The position numbers were made by a program, and so were the translations under genes. Positions 35,519 through 44,498 of a stretch of 64,000 nt of DNA are shown piece after piece. Below the pieces are notes generated by a model. The model was not told the origin of the DNA and did not search any database. It saw only the letters and a list, made by a program, of their open reading frames with translations. Origin of the DNA: Bacilli bacterium (GTDB lineage Bacteria > Bacillota_I > Bacilli_A > RFN20 > CAG-826); NCBI GenBank assembly GCA_045597865.1, contig JAZLKX010000052.1, positions 1-64,000 of the forward strand, read 5' to 3'. The stretch's first letter is position 1. The number at the start of each line of letters is the position of its first letter.

Positions 35519-36392
35519 CTAGTATACCACTGCAAGGCGTAAAGGTAGCCTCGCCGAAATAGATTTTGCCATTTACACAGTACATATCTACACGAACGAA
35601 TTTATGTCCTTCGGCGATCTTACTTACGATAGGTTTCATGCGTTCAAGAATTTCTCGTTGTGAATTGTTTAGATGCAGCATAGCAGGTTCCATGCCAATA
35701 TACCAAGGCGGCATATTTCCATCTTTATCAACGAATGCAACATAATCCTCGTAGTTCTTGCCGTATTTCTTCGTTAGGCCAACACCTTCAATGTTTCCAT
35801 CTTTGCACCAGAAACTCCAGTCAAGTGGTGTTTCAGTAATAAGACGCTGAATAAGAATACCTGGCTTGATGAACTTATACTGCAATTCATATCCTGAGAT
35901 GTAAGCATAGTTTGTATTAAGCCATTCGTTTAACTTATTCAAAACCATCTGCTTATCAGTCTTTCCGTGAGTATACTTGATATTCCAGCCAGAACCATGA
36001 TTAGTCTTAATGATGTAGGTTACACCTTCTTCCAAATTCTTAAAGATGTTTTCATTTGCTTTATTCATGTAGCATTTTAGCTCACAAGGAATAAGTAAAT
36101 CCTCTAAGCCAAGTTTTTTCATTTCATGATACACAGCAATTTTGTCGCTCCAATTTTGCTTTTTAATGAGCTTTTCGTATGGTGCTGTAATCAAATCAAT
36201 CTTCTCTTTACAAATGACATCTACTATGGTTTGCGGGTCATCTAAATTGATTTTACGCTGACTCAAAAGCCAATCTTTTGCGTATTTGACCTTATCACTT
36301 GCAAAGCGACAGTCATCATAATCATTACGAGGAATTAGTCCGCGTACATACTTTTCACGATATTCGTTTAGCATAGACCTAATAGTCTCCAT
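35502..36392 (-). CDS. TupA-like ATP-grasp ligase (tandem paralogue)
   Basis: SDK, YIIKTNHGSGWN, YELQY, FVRVDMY, FGEATFTPCSG. Confidence 0.87.
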   Translation of the reverse strand: METIRSMLNEYREKYVRGLIPRNDYDDCRFASDKVKYAKDWLLSQRKINLDDPQTIVDVICKEKIDLITAPYEKLIKKQNWSDKIAVYHEMKKLGLEDLLIPCELKCYMNKANENIFKNLEEGVTYIIKTNHGSGWNIKYTHGKTDKQMVLNKLNEWLNTNYAYISGYELQYKFIKPGILIQRLITETPLDWSFWCKDGNIEGVGLTKKYGKNYEDYVAFVDKDGNMPPWYIGMEPAMLHLNNSQREILERMKPIVSKIAEGHKFVRVDMYCVNGKIYFGEATFTPCSGILDVSTT

Positions 36393-37216
36393 GTTTCAAG
36401 CATTGTAAAATCTGGGGTTATGTACCCACCAAAATTCTTGTTGTTCTCAATAGCAGCATTATACCACTGATGGTCAACAGCAGCAGAGCCTCTATTCCAT
36501 TTCATTGTCCAATCAGAACGAGATTTAATATGATAATGATAAAGACGCAGGCAAGCAGTTGTGTCAACGCCGCCGTATGTTGAACTTGAAAAACCTACGC
36601 CGTTTACGATTGAGCGGCGAAGACCGTTAATCAAAGGTACATGACCTTTTTCAGGCATGTCATGATTGAACTTGTATTCAATTCCTGAATGATATCTGAC
36701 GAATACTTTACCTTGTGCAGATGTATCATTCCGACGATATACTGAATGTTCAATGACTGACTTATAACGAGTATCAGTTACTTCAGGTGTTGACATTAAA
36801 ATCTGTGGCATAAGAATAGGCAAAGCAGTTTCAGTGCAGATAGAGTTTAGGTATTGGTCAACAGTTGGATATTCTTTGTCTTTGAACTGTGGGTCAAGCT
36901 TTTCAAACTGCTTCCAGTAATCAAGATAATACCAAATGTACTCGTCATCATCAATGAAAGCTACCCAGTCACCGTCTTTAAAGTTATAACGGTTGCCGTT
37001 TAAGATATCATCAAAAAGCTGCCACTGATTAGGCCAGCCTGTAATCGTTTCATATGTATCTTCAAGTGTGCCATCAATCTTAACGATGTCTTTTACATTG
37101 CATTGTGATTCGTTGTCAATGACATGAATAGTAAAACCTATTTTCTTATGGTATGTAAACCACCAATAAAAATCTTCTAGGCGATATGACTTAGTTAAAA
37201 CGACAATGTGGTTCAT
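36368..37216 (-). CDS. GT-A glycosyltransferase (GT2/GT92-like)
   Basis: WFTYHKKIGF, VIDNES, WVAFIDDDEY (DxD), LYHYHIKS. Confidence 0.8.
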   Translation of the reverse strand: MNHIVVLTKSYRLEDFYWWFTYHKKIGFTIHVIDNESQCNVKDIVKIDGTLEDTYETITGWPNQWQLFDDILNGNRYNFKDGDWVAFIDDDEYIWYYLDYWKQFEKLDPQFKDKEYPTVDQYLNSICTETALPILMPQILMSTPEVTDTRYKSVIEHSVYRRNDTSAQGKVFVRYHSGIEYKFNHDMPEKGHVPLINGLRRSIVNGVGFSSSTYGGVDTTACLRLYHYHIKSRSDWTMKWNRGSAAVDHQWYNAAIENNKNFGGYITPDFTMLETWRLLGLC

Positions 37217-37506
37217 TAGTAAATTCCTTCTTTAATTTTTTCTTCCATTACTGCGATGATTTCTTCAGCAACTTGTCTTTTCAGATTATCAGTATGATGT
37301 GTCTCCATGTACTCTTCATATAAAGATGTACCAAATTCACGTCGTGTAACTCGCTCAATGATTGAGTCAAAATTTTTGTCAAGATCTAGGTTACGGCAAA
37401 CATAATCAAGAACATCTGCGTAACGATAAGCAGAAGCCATAGGCAAATTGCTTATGGCTCCGTTACAGATCTTAGCTTTCCACTGGTCAAATGTTTCAAG
37501 CTTCAT
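37216..37506 (-). CDS. hypothetical protein
   Basis: 96 aa, translationally coupled on both sides. Confidence 0.7.
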   Translation of the reverse strand: MKLETFDQWKAKICNGAISNLPMASAYRYADVLDYVCRNLDLDKNFDSIIERVTRREFGTSLYEEYMETHHTDNLKRQVAEEIIAVMEEKIKEGIY

Positions 37507-38550
37507 CTATGAATTAACTCCTCTAAACGTATCATACAGTTTCACAAGTTCATTGTAAATTTCAGTCTTATCCATATCAGTTTCTAATTGGTCAACATAC
37601 GATTTAAAAATCGTCAACAAGTTTAGTTGGTCAACCTCAATTTCCATATCAGTAGTTTCATTAGGATTATCACCGTTGAATGTATTTACAGGATATGCTG
37701 GCTTAAGTTTATTCAAGCGTTCAACCAAATCATAAATCTTTTTAGTTTCACCAATCTTATCATAAGGTATTTCAATATCAACCTGATTACCTGTAATCTT
37801 TTCTTCGTTAACATCAGGATAGATGTACTTAGTGAAGAGCATTGACTCATGATTATCAACCCACTCAAAGTTACCATTGCTAAAATCAAGAATGCCGTAA
37901 CCGCGGGCCTGATTTCTATCACCTCGGTTAATCTGATAAGGCGAACCAATGTAAGTAACTGTTTGCCCATCTTGATATTCACGACGAGAACGAGTATGAT
38001 AATGACCTGTGTATGTATGGTCAATCTTATCAATGATTTGCTTTACATAAAGACCGTCAGTACTTAAGTTATTTGAACCCATATCAAAGCCAACAACATC
38101 AAGATGAGCAAAGGCATACTTATAATGGTCAAGCACGATCATATCAAAGTCAATGTAGTTTGTGATCCAAGGTAGCATCAAAACCTTATTGCCATCAAAC
38201 TCAACATCGGTCGGTTTTTCATATACTGTTACATTCGGCAAAAGGTCAAGCGACTTAAGTGAGTTTACTTCAGTCGTCGTTGTGTGATATATGTCATGAT
38301 TACCAACGATGATATGTACCTTGAAGTTAGCAAAAACATTCTTGAACAAATCAATGACGACGTTTTCAGTGTTGACGTTGAGCGTCTGACGTGTATCAAA
38401 TACATCACCGCAAACAACGATTGTGTCTATTTCCTTTTCAATTAGCTCTGGCACAAACTGGTTCTTAAAGAATCGCATCTGTGACTGCTGAAAAACCAAA
38501 TCAGATTTTTTAACACCTAAATGTAAATCAGCTAATAAAGCAATCTTCAT
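37507..38550 (-). CDS. 47: recombination nuclease subunit (T4 gp47/SbcD/Mre11)
   Basis: ADLHLG, GDVFD, VGNHD, GHYH, YIGSPYQ metallophosphoesterase motifs; lies near gp46. Confidence 0.93.
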   Translation of the reverse strand: MKIALLADLHLGVKKSDLVFQQSQMRFFKNQFVPELIEKEIDTIVVCGDVFDTRQTLNVNTENVVIDLFKNVFANFKVHIIVGNHDIYHTTTTEVNSLKSLDLLPNVTVYEKPTDVEFDGNKVLMLPWITNYIDFDMIVLDHYKYAFAHLDVVGFDMGSNNLSTDGLYVKQIIDKIDHTYTGHYHTRSRREYQDGQTVTYIGSPYQINRGDRNQARGYGILDFSNGNFEWVDNHESMLFTKYIYPDVNEEKITGNQVDIEIPYDKIGETKKIYDLVERLNKLKPAYPVNTFNGDNPNETTDMEIEVDQLNLLTIFKSYVDQLETDMDKTEIYNELVKLYDTFRGVNS

Positions 38551-39088
38551 ACTTAATACCCATCTTCATGCAAATTTCCATTACGATAGCCTCAAACCCA
38601 TCCTGTGTACTTGGGATAGTTTTAAACTGACGCTTTTCTTTTTCAAGTAGTGTCTTAATTTCAGTATCAAGTTGAACTGCTTCATCAAAGTTTTGGTGTC
38701 TTCCTGCTTGAACATATTCACGCTTTGGATTTCGTCCAATAAAAAAGTCAAGCCTGTTTGTGTACTTTCGGTCTTCACCTATTGCAGCGTCAATGATGTG
38801 TTTTTCATTTGAGTAAATGGCACCTAACAGCAGTGGGCTATCAGTAATCATAACATCAACTTTACCATTCACTCGTGATAAACGAAACACTTGTTTTGCA
38901 TTGACGTAAAGCTGGCACTTAAATGCAGTATCGCATTTTTCCCAAACCTTGTCCTTTGCATATTCAGTTACAAGTTCAGCATTTACGCCCATCATTTTAA
39001 GTCGTGAAAAGATATATGCAGCGGCAGTTGATTTTCCAGCACCTGGGCCTGCATACAAATTTACAAGTAATGTATCACGCATCTTCAA
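38528..39088 (-). CDS. P-loop nucleotide kinase-like protein (AAA_28/NadR-like)
   Basis: NLYAGPGAGKST, ELVTEYAKD, ITDSPLLL, YVQAGR. Confidence 0.8.
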   Translation of the reverse strand: MKMRDTLLVNLYAGPGAGKSTAAAYIFSRLKMMGVNAELVTEYAKDKVWEKCDTAFKCQLYVNAKQVFRLSRVNGKVDVMITDSPLLLGAIYSNEKHIIDAAIGEDRKYTNRLDFFIGRNPKREYVQAGRHQNFDEAVQLDTEIKTLLEKEKRQFKTIPSTQDGFEAIVMEICMKMGIKYEDCFIS

Positions 39089-39239
39089 CCTCTTCTATTT
39101 TTACTGTTTTATGAAATCTTTCAAATAGCTTTATAAATGATTCTGCCTGGTCTACTTTATCAAACTTAAGAATGTTACCATCAACATCGCGGCAGTATTT
39201 CTTGCTAGATTCTAATTCCACGGCAATTACGTATTTCAT
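39075..39239 (-). CDS. small hypothetical protein (54 aa, MKYVIAVELESSKKYCRD...)
   Basis: ATG overlaps the gp46 stop (TGATG); fills the gap exactly. Confidence 0.65.
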   Translation of the reverse strand: MKYVIAVELESSKKYCRDVDGNILKFDKVDQAESFIKLFERFHKTVKIEEVEDA

Positions 39240-40990
39240 CATTTACCTACCTTTAGTTCAGAGAACATGCTCTTCTTTTCAATTTCAATAATTTCATTCC
39301 AGTTAACATCAATGTCGCTTAGCTTATGGCTAATAAGATAGATGCCAATGTTCTTGCTCGTTTCTGTTACGATGTTGTAAAGTGCTGACAAGAACTGAGA
39401 TGTGCCGTTCGCATCAACACCAGCGTCCATAACTTCATCAATGAATAAGATTGAACAGGACCAGTTTGAAATCATCTTTGAGATGTCAAAGAATGAAAGC
39501 AGAATAGCCATGTCAATACGAGATCTTTCGCCACCTGAGAACTGCATGTAAGCTTGTTCAAAACGGCCAACCATAATCTTAGCTTCCATGTATTGGTCAA
39601 ATTCAAGAGATACCTGAAGTTCAAATTTCTTTAAGTAGAAATTGATGCGCTGATTAAGAATCGGCAGCAGCTTCTTGAAGAAATACATACGAAGACCTTC
39701 ATCACCAAGTACATCTATAAGCTTAGTATCAACTGCAATGCGATGGTTCAACTCATCAAGTGTCTTATTTATGACATCATATCGTTCAGACAGTTCCTGT
39801 AAACGAATTTCATTTTCAGCAGTAGTAAGATCACAAGTTTTTTCTTCAAGCTGTTTTACCTGGTTTTCAAGATCAGTTAATGTTTGCCGATTTGTCTTGA
39901 GCTTCACCTCTTCAGCAATAACCTTCTGGCTAATTAAATTGACGCGCTTTGTCATTTCATCAAACTTGCGCTTACGTTCAGCTAGTTCATTTTGTGCAGC
40001 TTGCAGTTTAGGAATATGTACTTCCTTAATTTCTTTTAAACGAGCACGAAGTTCATTAAAGTGATTAACAGCTCTTTCATCATCAAGCTTTTCGCCGCAT
40101 ATTGGACAAACTGCTTTACCGCCAACTGAATCTAAAGTTTTCTGAATGTTAGTTTTCTCATGATCATAAGCACCAATCATTGTTGTGACTTCAGCAAACT
40201 CTTCAGTTGTTGGCGCAGGTTCACCATCTTTAGCCTTTTCAATAGCAGCCTTGCCATTCTTTACATTTTTCTGCTGCTGTTCAATGACGACTTTGTATTC
40301 AGCAATAGAACCCATCAGCGATGCAATGTTATTAGCTTTAGTTTCATCAAACTGTTCAATGTATCGCTGAATCTTTTCAATGTAATTCTTGTTGTCAGTG
40401 ATACCTGATTGGACGCCGCTAAGCTCAGAAAGCTGCAAGCGTTGTTCTGACTTATCCATTGCATTGCGTTTCTTTACCTCTCTACCCATTTCAGATAGAA
40501 CATCAATGTTGAAGATACTTTCAATAAGTGAACGCTTATCAGCAATGCTCATGGTTAAGAACGGCTTATTACTTGTAACCGCAATGCCTACGATATTTTT
40601 AAATAGCCTTTCATTGATACCAAGCAACTTATCAATTTCTTCCTGATTAAGTTTCTTAGATGACAATGAAGCAATTTCATTTCCGTTTTTAGACAGTGAA
40701 TAAATGTTAGGCTTTATACCGCGTATAAGTGTGTAAGAATCAGCGTTGATTTTAAATTTGAGTTCAACACAAAGTTCTTTACCATTATAGCGATTGATTA
40801 ACTGCGCTATTTTAATTGCACGAAACGGGTTGCCAAACAAGCAGAAGTTAATCGCATCTAAAATCGTTGACTTACCTGAGCCGTTTTGTGCTTTAATCAG
40901 ATTAAGTCCATCGTGAAAATTCAATTCAGTCCATTTATTACCGTATGAAAGAATGTTCTTGAATCTTATACTCTCAAATTTTACAAACAT
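39239..40990 (-). CDS. 46: recombination ATPase subunit (T4 gp46/SbcC/Rad50)
   Basis: FKNILSYGN, NGSGKST, CPICG zinc hook, FSGGE, LFIDEVMD, ISH. Confidence 0.95.
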   Translation of the reverse strand: MFVKFESIRFKNILSYGNKWTELNFHDGLNLIKAQNGSGKSTILDAINFCLFGNPFRAIKIAQLINRYNGKELCVELKFKINADSYTLIRGIKPNIYSLSKNGNEIASLSSKKLNQEEIDKLLGINERLFKNIVGIAVTSNKPFLTMSIADKRSLIESIFNIDVLSEMGREVKKRNAMDKSEQRLQLSELSGVQSGITDNKNYIEKIQRYIEQFDETKANNIASLMGSIAEYKVVIEQQQKNVKNGKAAIEKAKDGEPAPTTEEFAEVTTMIGAYDHEKTNIQKTLDSVGGKAVCPICGEKLDDERAVNHFNELRARLKEIKEVHIPKLQAAQNELAERKRKFDEMTKRVNLISQKVIAEEVKLKTNRQTLTDLENQVKQLEEKTCDLTTAENEIRLQELSERYDVINKTLDELNHRIAVDTKLIDVLGDEGLRMYFFKKLLPILNQRINFYLKKFELQVSLEFDQYMEAKIMVGRFEQAYMQFSGGERSRIDMAILLSFFDISKMISNWSCSILFIDEVMDAGVDANGTSQFLSALYNIVTETSKNIGIYLISHKLSDIDVNWNEIIEIEKKSMFSELKVGK

Positions 40991-41021
40991 GTTTCATCCT
41001 TTTTTGCTTACTGTTAAAATA

Positions 41022-41057
41022 TAAAAAAGAAATGGGTACTAACTTGAGTACCCAAAA
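41022..41057 (-). terminator. intrinsic terminator after uvsY
   Basis: TGGGTACT/AGTACCCA hairpin with a T-run on the minus strand. Confidence 0.65.
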
Positions 41058-41074
41058 CTATTCTTAAATCAAAA

Positions 41075-41500
41075 TTAGATGTTTGTCGTTGTAATTTTCT
41101 TATAATCAAGAAAGTTCTTAATCGTATAGTGCATCTGCTTTAAAGTGCCTAATGTTTCTGAAATGAAATCAAGATAGTATTTCTGTGTAGCCAGTTCTCT
41201 AAGCTTGGAAGTGTAACGCTTGTCAGCGTAAATCTGTGAGTCAATACCTTTCGTGGTATTTCCCCAGTCATAATTAGATTCAAACTTGTACTCTTTAAAT
41301 AATTCTCCATAGAGTTCATCAAGTTCAATCTTTAGAATCTGAACACAGTAATTCTGATTTGTGTAAAGCTTAGTCCAACGCTGAATTATTGTTGGAAGCT
41401 GACAGTTCTTTTCAGCTACGTCCATTATTTTATCAGTCATCTTGGTATCTGCTTCTGCAATAGTTTGTAATTGTGCAAATTGAGTATTCGTTAAAGCCAT
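41075..41500 (-). CDS. uvsY: recombination mediator UvsY-like protein
   Basis: 141-aa helical protein (YGELFKEYK..IYADKRY..YTIKNFLDYKK) next to uvsW as in T4-like phages. Confidence 0.7.
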   Translation of the reverse strand: MALTNTQFAQLQTIAEADTKMTDKIMDVAEKNCQLPTIIQRWTKLYTNQNYCVQILKIELDELYGELFKEYKFESNYDWGNTTKGIDSQIYADKRYTSKLRELATQKYYLDFISETLGTLKQMHYTIKNFLDYKKITTTNI

Positions 41501-41728
41501 ATAAAATCCTCTGTATCAAATTTAATAAATTTATAACGATTTAAAGTTCAGCGGAAAATTTTCCATTTGCATACTCTTACGGAAAAATAAATCCCGCTCC
41601 GCAAAATCCAAAAACTTTTTTATATTTACTGTACAAAGCATGGTGACATACATAACTGTCACGGAAAATTATTTTCCGCATAAATGCAAACTTGAAAAAT
41701 GTTATTATATTTTGTCTAAACATTTTAA

Positions 41729-42010
41729 ATTCCTACTTACAGGAACGAAGCTCAACCCAATGATGTTATCGGCATGTGTAGGTCATATCCCAGAGAGGCT
41801 CGCTGGGCTTTGCATTATGTGTAGCTGAATGAGAAACGATTAACCACCGTTTCGTATGCCGTCACAGGCAGGTAGTATGTAGTCCGAGTACAGGGTGACC
41901 GCTCGGTAAGCCTACCATAAGTCCTCTTGCATGTCATACAGTTCACCAGTCAAAACAAAGACTTGTGTTTCTGGAGACAGTTTGTTCCCTTGTGGGCTTA
42001 CTGTCTCCAG
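41729..42010 (+). ncRNA. unidentified ~280-nt structured RNA
   Basis: GC-richer non-coding island with hairpins TTCCT/AGGAA, CCCAG/CTGGG, GAAACG/CGTTTC, TGCC/GGCA, GGTAG..CCGAG/CTCGG..CTACC, CTGGAGACAGT/ACTGTCTCCAG; TATATT at 41706. Confidence 0.6.
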
Positions 42011-42030
42011 TTACCATATCAAACAAAGAA

Positions 42031-42038
42031 TATAAATA
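42031..42038 (+). promoter_or_regulatory. T4-type late promoter
   Basis: TATAAATA. Confidence 0.8.
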
Positions 42039-42079
42039 GAATAGAAACATTTAATTCAATTTTATAAAGGAGTTTTGAT

Positions 42080-42460
42080 ATGAGAACACTACAGCGTAGA
42101 CGAGCAAAGCGCGGCATGTATTCTACTGGTGTGACAACTTATCCTCGTACTATTAACCAAGTTGATAAAATTAAATCTGCTGAAAAGACTAATGTAAAGA
42201 AAATGTCTTTTGAAGAAGAGTATGAAGCTTTTATTGCTTTGGAACGAGCAAAAGCTGCAGCAGCGGAAGCCAAAGAACAGGAAGCTAAAGCTGAAGAACC
42301 TGTATTGGCACCAGGACTGTCTTATGTTGAAACTGAAGTAACAGAAACAACAGAACCAATTAAGGTTGAAGTCGTTGAGGAACCTGTAACTGAAGAAGCG
42401 GTAGTTGAACCTGTTAAGAAAACTCGTAAGAAAAAAGTTGAAGTAGCTGAAGAAGCCTAG
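42080..42460 (+). CDS. low-complexity late protein (basic termini, Glu/Val/Pro-rich core)
   Basis: AAGGAG SD; own late promoter and terminator. Confidence 0.8.
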   Translation: MRTLQRRRAKRGMYSTGVTTYPRTINQVDKIKSAEKTNVKKMSFEEEYEAFIALERAKAAAAEAKEQEAKAEEPVLAPGLSYVETEVTETTEPIKVEVVEEPVTEEAVVEPVKKTRKKKVEVAEEA

Positions 42461-42477
42461 TTTATAGGACTTGATTT

Positions 42478-42503
42478 GAGGGTGCCGCTAAGCACCCTCT
42501 TTT
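42478..42503 (+). terminator. intrinsic terminator
   Basis: GAGGGTGC-CGCTAA-GCACCCTC-TTTT; a late promoter TATAAATA follows at 42509. Confidence 0.85.
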
Positions 42504-42520
42504 AGTCTTATAAATAATTC

Positions 42521-43558
42521 ATGAAAGATATAACAATATGCAAAATAAATGAATCAGTATTAGAGATAAAGGCTGAAGATGATATTCTTCATAACCTATA
42601 CTCACGATATTCAGCATACCAAGCAGGCTATCAGTTTAATCCTAAATTCAAGTGCCGTATATGGGACGGCAAAGTTCACTTGTTCAATATCAGAACAGGT
42701 ATTCTCCCAATTGGATTCTTATTTGATGTTCTGCAGTATTGTAGGTCAAATAATTATTCATTTGACTTAGAAGGTATCACCTTAGAGGATCTGCGTCATA
42801 CTATTGATGAACAAACATACCAGCAACAGATCCTAGACAACATGAAAAATTCTGGTAGAACGCTTCGCCCATATCAAGATGAAGCAGTTCGCAAAGCATT
42901 GACCTTTAGAAAAGGTATTTTGTTATCTTGTACATCAAGCGGCAAATCAATGATGCTTTACAATATCATCAGAAACATTCGTCGTGAAGGATTTAAGAAG
43001 ATCCTTTTAATCGTTCCAAACATTTTGCTTATTAAGCAGATGTACGATGACTTCGTTGATTACGGCTATGACAATTACGAGCTAGAATTGACAAAGATGG
43101 GTGGTGATGAAACACCTGATATGTCAGCTCCTGTGTTAATCTCAACATGGCAGTCGCTGCAAAATAAGTCAGCTGACTTCTTTGAAGATTTTGATGCAGT
43201 ATTCGTTGATGAATGCCTCGCTGGTGATACTTTAATTGAAACAAAAGGAGGAAAAAAACCAATTAAAGATATTAAAGCAGGTGAATTAGTTTTATCATTT
43301 AATAATAAAACTAAGGAATTTGAATATAAAGAAGTGCTTGAGACATTTATAAATCACACATCAAGTAAATCAGCTAAAATGATAAAAATAACATTGGAAA
43401 ATGATGAAACGATTGAAATTACAGAAAATCATCCAGTGTTAACTAAAAATAGAGGTTGGGTTATTGCTGGTGAATTAACTGAAACTGATGAAATTGTTGA
43501 TGTTAATTTTATAAATAATACAAAGGATGATTTGAGTGAAGACAAATCAGCTTTATAA
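42521..43558 (+). CDS. uvsW: UvsW helicase N-terminal half fused to split intein N-fragment
   Basis: WDGKVHLF, LRPYQ, TSSGKS, ISTWQS, FVDE|CLAGDTLI...ITENHPVLT..GW (intein blocks A and B), then TAA. Confidence 0.92.
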   Translation: MKDITICKINESVLEIKAEDDILHNLYSRYSAYQAGYQFNPKFKCRIWDGKVHLFNIRTGILPIGFLFDVLQYCRSNNYSFDLEGITLEDLRHTIDEQTYQQQILDNMKNSGRTLRPYQDEAVRKALTFRKGILLSCTSSGKSMMLYNIIRNIRREGFKKILLIVPNILLIKQMYDDFVDYGYDNYELELTKMGGDETPDMSAPVLISTWQSLQNKSADFFEDFDAVFVDECLAGDTLIETKGGKKPIKDIKAGELVLSFNNKTKEFEYKEVLETFINHTSSKSAKMIKITLENDETIEITENHPVLTKNRGWVIAGELTETDEIVDVNFINNTKDDLSEDKSAL

Positions 43559-43575
43559 ATAAAAAAAATTTTTTT

Positions 43576-43630
43576 GGCGTTTATGATGCTGTTCTTCACT
43601 TTAAGCATCATAAACGCCATTTTTTTTTTT
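43576..43630 (+). promoter_or_regulatory. hairpin/terminator preceded by a late promoter (43554-43561) inside fractured uvsW
   Basis: TGGCGTTTATGATGCT/AGCATCATAAACGCCA 16-bp stem plus T-run, then GGAG SD. Confidence 0.75.
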
Positions 43631-43642
43631 GGAGTGAAGACC

Positions 43643-44495
43643 ATGAAAAAAGAACAGTTTATTCAAGATTTCTTTAGTATCAGTTTATCTTTAACATTTA
43701 ATGCTGTTAAGGCATATAAAATGTTAATAAAATACATTGAGCACGATGTATTTTCAAGATTTCCAGAAATTTATGACGCACTAATAAAAAAATTTTTTTA
43801 TAGTGATAATTTTTATTTTAAGAAACTGTATCATAAAATAAATGGATATATTGGCGGGTTCCATCATGAACCTATTAAAGGACACGTACCATGGAATAAA
43901 GGTAAAATTGGACGAATGCCGACTCCATGGAATAAAGGTCTGACTAAAAATACTGATGCACGTTTAAAAAATCTTTCAATAAGTAGGCGTGGTGATAAAA
44001 ATCCATGTTCATATAAAAATAAACCTGATAGAACTTTAATGAATGTTAAACAATCTGAAACAATGAAACAAAAAATTCTAAATAATGAATTTACGCCAAA
44101 AACATCCAATAGACTCTGTCATAAAACATTAAAATATAATGGAAAAAATTTTAGATCATCATGGGAAATTATTTTTTATATAATAAATGATGAAAAATAT
44201 GAATATGAAACAAAAAGAGTAAAAATACGTGTTAGATGGAAAAACAAAAATTTATATTTCAGATTTTTATGATAGTGAAACCAACACAATTTTTGAAATT
44301 AAACCTGATAGGATGATGTATGAAATAAATAAAGCGAAGTATGAACTGATAAAATCCGCATGTATTAAAGAAGGATTTAATTTCATTCATATTGGCGATG
44401 AATGGTATGAATATGTAAAAAATCATAATATGTATTATGATTTTTGTTCAACTAAAATTTCATCAGAAATTATTAAAAAATTTTTTGGACGATAA
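43643..44495 (+). CDS. free-standing homing endonuclease-like gene (NUMOD3-like PWNKG repeats plus TnsA-like PD-(D/E)XK domain), frameshifted at ~44221-44225
   Basis: VPWNKG, TPWNKG, FRSSWE, YEYE in ORF 43574-44272; YISDFY..IFEIKP in ORF 44229-44495; removing one A from the A5 run joins them; very AT-rich. Confidence 0.75.
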
Positions 44496-44498
44496 AAA

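Noticed and set aside
41729-42010. Group I intron
   Set aside because: Only a faint P7-like match; there are no flanking exons of an interrupted gene.
43574-43642. Hydrophobic N-terminal extension (MAFMMLFFTLSIINAIFFFG) as a signal peptide of the endonuclease
   Set aside because: It is the translation of the hairpin and T-run; the SD-supported start is ATG 43643.
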